Shown here: one piece after another, positions 57,615 to 64,000 of the stretch
How the letters are laid out: every line of letters starts with the position of its first letter
How positions within the stretch are numbered: the stretch's first letter is position 1
Assembly: GCA_050248355.1 (NCBI GenBank)
Contig: JBFWSN010000004.1
Location: 13,530 to 77,529, forward strand
Length of the DNA stretch: 64,000 nt
Direction: 5' to 3'
DNA from: Dehalococcoidia bacterium
GTDB taxonomy: Bacteria > Chloroflexota > Dehalococcoidia > UBA2979
The notes under the pieces: generated by a model
The model's database searches: none
What the model was told of the DNA's origin: nothing
What the model saw: the letters and a program-made list of their open reading frames with translations, nothing else
Translations under genes and position numbers: made by a program

Positions 57615-59048
57615 ATGAGCACCAACCGCTACATCCTCTTCGGCGTCGTCAGCCTCGGGATGCTCCTTGCCTCTATGCAGGGCTCGATGATCGGCGTCGC
57701 CTTCGCCGATATCGGCGAGGGCCTCAACGCCCCGGACCGCTGGGTCGGCTGGGTGATCGCCATTTTCACGCTCGCCCAGGCCGTCTCGATGCCCACCGCC
57801 GGCAAGCTCAGCGACGAGCTCGGGCGCCGCACCGTCTTCGTCGGGGGCGTCTGCATCTTCCTCGCCGCCTCCGTCGTCTGCGCAGCCGCCCCGAACGTCT
57901 ACGTCCTCATCGCCGCGAGGGCGGTGCAGGGCCTCGCCGGCGGCAGCCTCCTCCCCTCCGCCTACGGCGTCCTCGGCGATGCGTTCGACGCGGAGAGCCG
58001 CGCCCGCGCCATCGGCATGCTTTCCTCGGTCTTCCCCATCGGCGGCATCCTCGGCCCCAACGTGGGCGGCTTCATCGTCGAGCACCTCGGGTGGCGCTGG
58101 ACGTTCCTCGTCAACCTGCCGCTCGGCATCGTCGTCGTCGTGGCGGCGCTCGTGCTCATGCCCGCCGCCACGAACCGCCAGCGCCGCCCGATCGACTTCA
58201 TGGGCGTCGCATTCCTTTCCCTCGCGGTCACCGGCGTGGTGTACGCCCTCACCGAGCTCTCGCAGCCCAGCGGCGGCGCTCACCCCGTCGTCGTGATCTC
58301 CGCGTTCGCCGTCGCCCTCCTGGCAGGCGTGCTGTTCCTCCGCCATGAGTCGAGGACACCCGAGCCGATCCTCGAGCTGCAACTTCTGCGCCGCCGTGAG
58401 TTCGCCTTCATGAACGCGCTCAACTTCTTCTACGGCTTCGTCATCTTCGGCCTCTTCTCGTTCATCCCCCTCTACGCCCAGACCGCCTACGAGATGTCGA
58501 GGAGTACGAGCGGCGTCCTCCTCACCCCCCGCGCCATCGCGATGATCGTCGCGTCCTCCCTGGGCGCTTTCCTGCTGCCGAAGACCGGCTATCGCAAGCC
58601 GATCATGGTCGGCATGGTCGGCATGGGCGCGACCCTCATCGTCATGTCCCGCGGCATCCACGATCCCGTGATCGCCGGCGTCGAGGTCTCCAACTTCACC
58701 TACCTCGGCACGCTCGCCGCCCTCTCAGGCTTCTTCTTCGGCGTCTCCGGCCCCGCCGCCAACAACGCCGCCATCGAACTCGCACCGGACCGCATCGCCG
58801 CCATCACAGGCCTCCGAGGCATGTTCCGCTCCGTTGGCGGCTCCATCGGCACGTCGCTCGTCGTCCTCGTCATGAGCCATGCCGCCACCCGCGAAGAGGG
58901 ACTCGAGCAGGCGTTCCTCGGTCTCGCCGTCGCAGCGGTGCTCGTCTCGTTCCTCGTCCTCGGTATCCCAGACCGCGCTGTACAGCGCTCCTCCGCCCGC
59001 GCCCCGTCTGCCGGCGCCGCTTCCCCCGGCGCCGCCGGCGACGGCTGA
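57615..59048 (+). CDS. MFS transporter, DHA2-like (14 transmembrane helices) drug/proton antiporter
   Basis: MFS motif GKLSDELGRR and 14 hydrophobic segments. Confidence 0.85.
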   Translation: MSTNRYILFGVVSLGMLLASMQGSMIGVAFADIGEGLNAPDRWVGWVIAIFTLAQAVSMPTAGKLSDELGRRTVFVGGVCIFLAASVVCAAAPNVYVLIAARAVQGLAGGSLLPSAYGVLGDAFDAESRARAIGMLSSVFPIGGILGPNVGGFIVEHLGWRWTFLVNLPLGIVVVVAALVLMPAATNRQRRPIDFMGVAFLSLAVTGVVYALTELSQPSGGAHPVVVISAFAVALLAGVLFLRHESRTPEPILELQLLRRREFAFMNALNFFYGFVIFGLFSFIPLYAQTAYEMSRSTSGVLLTPRAIAMIVASSLGAFLLPKTGYRKPIMVGMVGMGATLIVMSRGIHDPVIAGVEVSNFTYLGTLAALSGFFFGVSGPAANNAAIELAPDRIAAITGLRGMFRSVGGSIGTSLVVLVMSHAATREEGLEQAFLGLAVAAVLVSFLVLGIPDRAVQRSSARAPSAGAASPGAAGDG

Positions 59049-59152
59049 CCCCGACCGCTCCCCCGGGGTTACGAGGGGTCGCGGGCACAACGAAGGAGGG
59101 GGGCCACTGGCCCCCCTCCTTCGTTTGCTCGAGCAGTATGCGGGTCGCGGGC

Positions 59153-59680
59153 TTACTTGCCCGGGACCTGCCACTCCGGACCCTCGGACGGCTCGTCCGA
59201 GAGCTCCCACTCAGGGAAGCCGTAGCCGTCCCCGAGGTCCATCATGTGCAGCTTCACGCGCTTGTTGATCGCCACCTTGTCGGGGTCCTCGAACGAGCCG
59301 TCTGCCTTCACGATGTTGCCGACTAGGCGCAGCGCGCGCAGCTCCTGCGGCTGGATGCTGTCGAAGGCCATGCCCTCGCCACGCTGCTCGTCCAGCTCGA
59401 TCAGTGCGATCGCCGTGTCCGGGTGCGGGTGGAACGCCGGGTGGATCGGCTCGGACAGGATGAAGTACGAGTAGATGCGGCCCTTGCCGGATACCGTCTT
59501 GTACTCGATGTTCGTGCTCCGGCACTCCGGGCACATCGTCCGGATCGGGTAGTGCATCAGGTTGCAGTCCTGGCAGTGCGGCAGCCGCAGCCCCTCACCC
59601 TTGCCCTGCTCCTCGAAGTACCGCCGGTTCTGGTGGTCGTTCTCGGGAATCACCACCTGGGCGTTCAGCCAGCTTGGCAT
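59153..59680 (-). CDS. Zn-ribbon-containing OB-fold protein (DUF35 family), partner of the thiolase-like protein
   Basis: CxxC…CxxC ribbon (CQDCNLMHYPIRTMCPEC) followed by an OB fold. It lies directly downstream of the thiolase-like gene. Confidence 0.8.
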   Translation of the reverse strand: MPSWLNAQVVIPENDHQNRRYFEEQGKGEGLRLPHCQDCNLMHYPIRTMCPECRSTNIEYKTVSGKGRIYSYFILSEPIHPAFHPHPDTAIALIELDEQRGEGMAFDSIQPQELRALRLVGNIVKADGSFEDPDKVAINKRVKLHMMDLGDGYGFPEWELSDEPSEGPEWQVPGK

Positions 59681-59711
59681 CGAACTTCCTTTCCTTCTCG
59701 TTCCGGCGCCG

Positions 59712-60971
59712 CTAGATGTCGTTCGTCAGAATCATGGCGGAAGCGGTCGCAGGCTGCGCCCAGCCCATGTTCATCGTGTGCACGGGGTTCTTCAGCGCCC
59801 GGCACTTGCCCTCCGAGTAGTCGTGGCTGTGCTCCCCGTTCTGCCAGCCGGGGCAGTAGTCGTCCACCTCGCCGCGCAGCTGGCGCACGTTCTCCGTGAC
59901 CATGTTCATCCCGTGCGTGTACGTCTCGCACAGGTGCCCGCCCGACGTGTTGTTCGGCCGCTTACCGCCGAGGAAGATCGTGCCGTCGGAGATGTAGTCC
60001 CCGCCCTCGCCGAACTTGCAGAACCCGAAGCCCTCGAGCTGCAGCATCGCCGTGAACGTGAACGCGTCGTACGAACCCGTCGCGTCGATGTCCTCCGGGC
60101 CGATGCCCGCGTTCGCGAACACAATCGGGCCTGCGTAGATGCCGCCCGACCGCGGCACGGGGCCGTGGTTCCAGTGGTAGTCAGGCGCCCAGCGGTGCGA
60201 GCGGCCGGCGTTCCCCTTGATCGCCACCGGCTTGTGCTTTAGCGACTTCGCCCGCTCGGTGTCGGTGATGACCACCGCCACGGCGTTGTCGGTCTCTACG
60301 CAGCAGTCGAGGAGGTGGAACGGCCGCGCGATGTACCGGCTGTTCATCACGTCGTCCACGGTCAGACGCTGCTTGTAGTACGCCTTCGGGTTGTTCGACG
60401 CGTGGTAGCTGTGCGCCACTTTCACGTGCGCCAGCTGCTCGCTCGTGGTCCCGTACTCGTGCATGTGCCGCACCGCCGCCAGCGAGAACATGTTCAGCGG
60501 GCTCGCGATGCCGTACATCTGCATCGAGTTGACGTTGCCGCCCTGCATCGCCACCCACGGCGCCAGCTCGCGCACACCGGTCGGCGGGTTGCCGCCCATG
60601 CGCAGACCGGTCCGGCCGTTCATCGTCCGGTACAGGATCATCGCGTCGACCGCGCCGCTCTCGAGGACGCCCAGCGCGACCGCGATCAGCGTCTCCGTGG
60701 ACGAACCGCCGCCCATGGTGTCCGCCTGCCAGTCGAGCCGGATCCCGACGTCAGCGGCAATCGTCTCCGAACCCGCCGCGTCGCCACCAGCCGCGTAGCA
60801 GGTGATGCCCCAGCTCGTGTTCGCGTAGTCGAGGCCCGAGTCGTCGATCGCCTTCTTGATCGCCTCGCTGCCCATCGCACGCGTCGTGCGTCCCGAGTTC
60901 CGCGAGAACTCGGTCTCGCCGATCCCGACGATCGAGTACTTGTTGCGGAGCAGTCCAGAACCTTTGGTCAT
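59712..60971 (-). CDS. Thiolase-like / SCP-x-type lipid-transfer protein (thiolase fold, non-canonical)
   Basis: Thiolase N- and C-domains (…GGGSSTETLIAVALGVLESGAVDAMIL… / …GGHLCETYTHGMN…). Confidence 0.8.
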   Translation of the reverse strand: MTKGSGLLRNKYSIVGIGETEFSRNSGRTTRAMGSEAIKKAIDDSGLDYANTSWGITCYAAGGDAAGSETIAADVGIRLDWQADTMGGGSSTETLIAVALGVLESGAVDAMILYRTMNGRTGLRMGGNPPTGVRELAPWVAMQGGNVNSMQMYGIASPLNMFSLAAVRHMHEYGTTSEQLAHVKVAHSYHASNNPKAYYKQRLTVDDVMNSRYIARPFHLLDCCVETDNAVAVVITDTERAKSLKHKPVAIKGNAGRSHRWAPDYHWNHGPVPRSGGIYAGPIVFANAGIGPEDIDATGSYDAFTFTAMLQLEGFGFCKFGEGGDYISDGTIFLGGKRPNNTSGGHLCETYTHGMNMVTENVRQLRGEVDDYCPGWQNGEHSHDYSEGKCRALKNPVHTMNMGWAQPATASAMILTNDI

Positions 60972-61182
60972 GATCCACCCTTCTACTGGCTCAACCCACG
61001 AGCCCTGCCATCAGACCGTCTTTGGCTGCGCCGCATCATACCCACCGCTCAGGTGCTGATGTCTAGGGGCGAGCGGCTACAACGATCGTGGACGCATCGG
61101 CTGCTCCCGCACCTGGCTGCAGGCATGAAGAAGAGCCGGCCCGCAGGCCGGCTCTCCGGGATACCTCATCCCAGGGACGCGA

Positions 61183-61338
61183 TCAGTACCAGCCGCGTCC
61201 GCGTCCGCCGTACACACCTCCACCCAGCGCCAGCACCAGCACCACCACCAGCAGGATGAAGAACAGCGGGCTCACCGAGACCCCGAGCACCCCGAACAGC
61301 AGCAGCAACAGCACCGCGAGTAGCAACAGACCCAGCAT
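61183..61338 (-). CDS. Small (51-aa) highly hydrophobic membrane peptide with a Gly/Arg C-terminal tail
   Basis: GGAGAGGAG RBS, then ATG: MLGLLLLAVLLLLLFGVLGVSVSPLFFILLVVVLVLALGGGVYGGRGRGWY. It may be a low-complexity chance ORF. Confidence 0.3.
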   Translation of the reverse strand: MLGLLLLAVLLLLLFGVLGVSVSPLFFILLVVVLVLALGGGVYGGRGRGWY

Positions 61339-61628
61339 CCTCGATCTCCTCTCCCGGCCACCCTCCCTCGGCGGCTTCCACGCACCATCCCACGTCGGAG
61401 GCCCCGCGCCGCTAACGCCCACGCCGTCGGTATCACGCCAGGCTTGCGACTTGCTCGCCGGCCGCGAGGTGTAACGAATCCGCGATGAGAGGTCTTCTGT
61501 GTAGAACGGGCCGCGACGCGGTAGGAACCGCGGCCACGACCGCGGAGTTGGGCGCCAGGTCTCCGAGGCGCACGAAACGGGCCCCCGGCACTGCCGGGGG
61601 CCCGTTCCTGGGTGCCGTTTCAGCCCTC

Positions 61629-62378
61629 TTAGCCGATGAACATGCCGCCGTTCACGTCGATCACTGCGCCCGTCATGTACGTCCCCTCGCACACGATGAA
61701 CCGCACGACCGCCGCGATCTCCTGCGCGTTCCCGAGCCGCCCGATCAGCGTCTCACCCTCGAGGCGCTTCCGCGCCTCCTCGTCGAGGCTGCTGATCATG
61801 TCCGTGTCGATGAAGCCCGGTGCGATCGCGTTGACCTGGATCTTCGTCCGCGCGCCTTCGCGTGCCGCCGCCCGGGTGAACCCGATCGCCGCCGCCTTCG
61901 ACGTACCGTAGTTCACCAGCCCGACGCGGCCCGTCTGACCGACGATCGAGGACAGGTTCACCACGTGACCGCCGCCCGCCTCGCCCATCGAGCGCCACAC
62001 GCTGCTCGTCATGTTGTAGAGGCTGTCCACGTTCGTCGCGATCGGCTTCCGCCACTCTTCGGGCGTCATCCGCGCGAGCGTCCGGTCGGCCGTCGCGCCG
62101 GCGTTGTTGACCAGGATCCGCACCGGCCCGAGGTCAGCGATGATCTGCTCGACCATCGCCTTCGACTGGTCGTAGTCGGAGACGTCCGCCTGGTACGCCT
62201 TCGCCTTCCCCCCGGCCGCCTCGATCTCGCTCACCACCGCGTTCGCGGCGTCCGCGTTCGAGTGGTAGTTCACGGCCACCGTCGCGCCCTGCTTCGCCAG
62301 CTCGATCGAAATCGCCCGGCCGATGCCGCGCGACCCGCCGGTCACAATCGCCACCGGCCCGTCCAGCACCCCGGCCAC
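61629..62378 (-). CDS. 3-oxoacyl-ACP reductase-like SDR (FabG family)
   Basis: GGAGGGAGG RBS then GTG. VAIVTGGSRGIGRAI…NAG…YGTSKAA. Upstream ORF sequence beyond 62378 is shadow. Confidence 0.85.
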   Translation of the reverse strand: MAGVLDGPVAIVTGGSRGIGRAISIELAKQGATVAVNYHSNADAANAVVSEIEAAGGKAKAYQADVSDYDQSKAMVEQIIADLGPVRILVNNAGATADRTLARMTPEEWRKPIATNVDSLYNMTSSVWRSMGEAGGGHVVNLSSIVGQTGRVGLVNYGTSKAAAIGFTRAAAREGARTKIQVNAIAPGFIDTDMISSLDEEARKRLEGETLIGRLGNAQEIAAVVRFIVCEGTYMTGAVIDVNGGMFIG

Positions 62379-62506
62379 TCTTGTCCTCCCTCCGTGCGTT
62401 TCGACTGTCCGCTCGCCCGGTACACGCGGGCGACGGCATACACGGCGCTTACGGTACCGTCGGCGCGCTCCTCTGTACCGGAGCGCGCCGGCGCCGTTCG
62501 AGGCGA

Positions 62507-63313
62507 TTATCGGCCCTTGAAGTTCGGCTTCCGTTTCTCCATGAACGCCTTGGGTCCCTCGACCGCGTCCTCGCTCCCGAAGGCGCGCGTCGCGAGGACG
62601 GACTCCAGCGCGAAGCCCTGCTCCCACGACATCCCCATCGAGGCGCGCACCGCGATCTCCTTCGCCGTGCGGACCGCGAGCGGCCCGTTGTCGCAGATCA
62701 TGTCCGCAAACCGCTCCGTCTCCGCCATCAGCTGGTCTGGCGCCACCACTCGGTTCACCAGCCCGCAGTTGTACGCCTGCTGCGCCGTGATTCGCTGCCC
62801 CGTCATCAGCAGCTCCATCGCCCACGCCCACGGGATCTGCCGCGGCAGCCGCACGTGCGACCCGCCCGAGGGCACGATGCCCCAGCGCACCTCGCCGAGG
62901 CCGAACGTCGCGTTCTCCGAAGCAATGCGGATGTCCATCCCCTGCATCATCTCGAGCCCGCCCGCGATGCAGAACCCGTTCACCGCCGCCAGGATCGGCT
63001 TGAACACCCGGTCGAACGACCGGTGCTCGTTCACCTGCAGCGGCTCCGACCGCGCATTGGCCGTCGCGTTCGGGATCGTGCTGCCGAGGTCCGCGCCCGC
63101 ACAGAACGCGCGCTCCCCTGCGCCCGTGAAGATGACGATCCACATCTCCGGGTCGTTGTTGAAGTCCTCCATGGCCTCGCTGATGCCACGGTTCATTTCC
63201 ATGCTGATCGCGTTCATCCGCTCCGGCCGGTTGAACGTGATGTACGCTCGCTTCTTCTCCGCGTCCTTCTCATAGATCAGGTGGTCCGTCGACAGCGTGA
63301 CCTGCGTCCGCAC
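62507..63313 (-). CDS. Enoyl-CoA hydratase/isomerase (crotonase) family protein
   Basis: …FCAGADLG…GFCIAGGLEMMQGMDIRIAS…. Confidence 0.85.
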   Translation of the reverse strand: MRTQVTLSTDHLIYEKDAEKKRAYITFNRPERMNAISMEMNRGISEAMEDFNNDPEMWIVIFTGAGERAFCAGADLGSTIPNATANARSEPLQVNEHRSFDRVFKPILAAVNGFCIAGGLEMMQGMDIRIASENATFGLGEVRWGIVPSGGSHVRLPRQIPWAWAMELLMTGQRITAQQAYNCGLVNRVVAPDQLMAETERFADMICDNGPLAVRTAKEIAVRASMGMSWEQGFALESVLATRAFGSEDAVEGPKAFMEKRKPNFKGR

Positions 63314-63457
63314 GTGCTCGCTCCTTCTATGCCCCGTCGAGGTGAGTTGCGCGGGAGTATGCCACGTCCCAACGCCGTCGCGGCGCTCACGCGCGTACGA
63401 GGCAAACGACGAGGGCGGCCCCGGGCCGCCCTCGCGCCGGTCACACCCGTCCGGGCG

Positions 63458-64000
63458 CTACGCGACCGCCCCCACAGCCCGCAGCGACGCCACCTGCTCC
63501 GCCCCCAGCCCGAGTTCGCCGAGGACCTCGTCGCTGTGCCGCCCCAGCACCGGCGCCGGCAGCGGCGACCCCGTCGGGTTGTTGCGAGCCAGCACCACGG
63601 GCCCGACGTTCAGCTCCGGCCCTGTGGCCTCGTGCTCCAGCTCGAACATGTACCCCATCGCCTGCACCTGCGGGTCGTCCGGCAGGTCCTCCGGCAGGCT
63701 GACCTTCGAGATCGGCGCGCCTTCCTGATCGAACAGCGCCACCCACTCGTCCATCGTCTTCGTCAGCATGATCTGCCGAATTCGCTCGCCCATCGCCTCC
63801 ACCTGCCGGATGGACTCCGGGTCGAGGGCGTTGAAGTTCGGGTCGGCGCTCGGGTCGTCCGTGATCCCCATCGCCCGCCGCATCTGTTCCTGGTTCGCCG
63901 GCGTCAGCGCGCCGAGGATCACCGCGCCGTCCTTGACCCGGTACCCGTTGTAGTAGAGCCGGAACGCCTGCCCCGTTGCCGAGTTGCTCCCGTTCCGGAT
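63458..64000 (-). CDS. CoA-transferase family III (CaiB/BaiF) protein, C-terminal part (the start lies beyond the window end)
   Basis: The ORF is open to the window edge. Its C-terminal region is collinear with family-III CoA transferases (compare the paralog at 14983). Confidence 0.7.
   Translation of the reverse strand: MRNGSNSATGQAFRLYYNGYRVKDGAVILGALTPANQEQMRRAMGITDDPSADPNFNALDPESIRQVEAMGERIRQIMLTKTMDEWVALFDQEGAPISKVSLPEDLPDDPQVQAMGYMFELEHEATGPELNVGPVVLARNNPTGSPLPAPVLGRHSDEVLGELGLGAEQVASLRAVGAVA

Noticed and set aside
1-64000. CRISPR arrays, IS elements, integrase or transposase genes
   Set aside because: No regularly spaced short repeats, terminal inverted repeats, or transposase/integrase-like ORFs were seen anywhere in the window, not even inside the low-GC island.

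Overview
This is a 64 kb, roughly 70% GC bacterial chromosomal window in which nearly every long opposite-strand ORF is a GC-driven shadow ORF. Ribosome-binding sites are AGGAGG-like, several proteins carry twin-arginine (Tat) signals, and many adjacent genes overlap by ATGA or GTGA.

Gene content, 5' to 3':
- MacB/FtsX-type ABC exporter pair, a UspA universal stress protein and an RNase J-like beta-CASP metallo-hydrolase.
- A tightly coupled ADP-heptose biosynthesis and heptosyltransferase operon: frameshifted GT9, GT1, a GT4::GmhA fusion, GmhB, HldE, and a second GT9.
- SDR, CoA-transferase, MDR and alpha-hydroxy-acid oxidase genes. Two of these (the FDH-like ADH and the quinone-oxidoreductase-like MDR) are interrupted by an in-frame TAG or a 1-nt frameshift.
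- A membrane-anchored tandem thioredoxin-fold protein followed by a tandem array of four paralogous small genes encoding Tat-signal peptides, then four further glycosyltransferases (GT2, a GT-A-like protein, two GT4).
- Acyl-CoA dehydrogenase, two crotonases and two paralogous peptide/nickel-type substrate-binding proteins (SBPs).
- A secreted protein with a Thr/Ala-repeat linker and a sortase-substrate-like C-terminal tail.
- An MsbA-like exporter, an AI-2E transporter, a sorAB-like Mo-cofactor sulfite dehydrogenase with its cytochrome c, and a cupredoxin lipoprotein.
- An EamA transporter, tRNA-dihydrouridine synthase and a ~1600-aa NAD-specific glutamate dehydrogenase.
- A Usp protein, a CoA-binding ligase-like protein and an NTF2-like gene flanked by a ~140 bp direct repeat.
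- A visibly lower-GC ~3 kb island inserted next to tRNA-Met(CAT), carrying a three-gene translationally coupled cassette: 309-aa protein, small ORF, and an SMC/RecF-like ABC ATPase. Its arrangement resembles ABC-three-component (ABC-3C) conflict systems.
- purEK, a double-hotdog MaoC-like dehydratase, an MFS exporter, a DUF35/thiolase-like pair, FabG, a crotonase and a partial CoA-transferase.

The strongest candidates for undescribed biology are the thioredoxin-plus-four-Tat-peptide array embedded in a ~20 kb glycosylation/heptose locus, and the tRNA-adjacent ABC-ATPase three-gene island.
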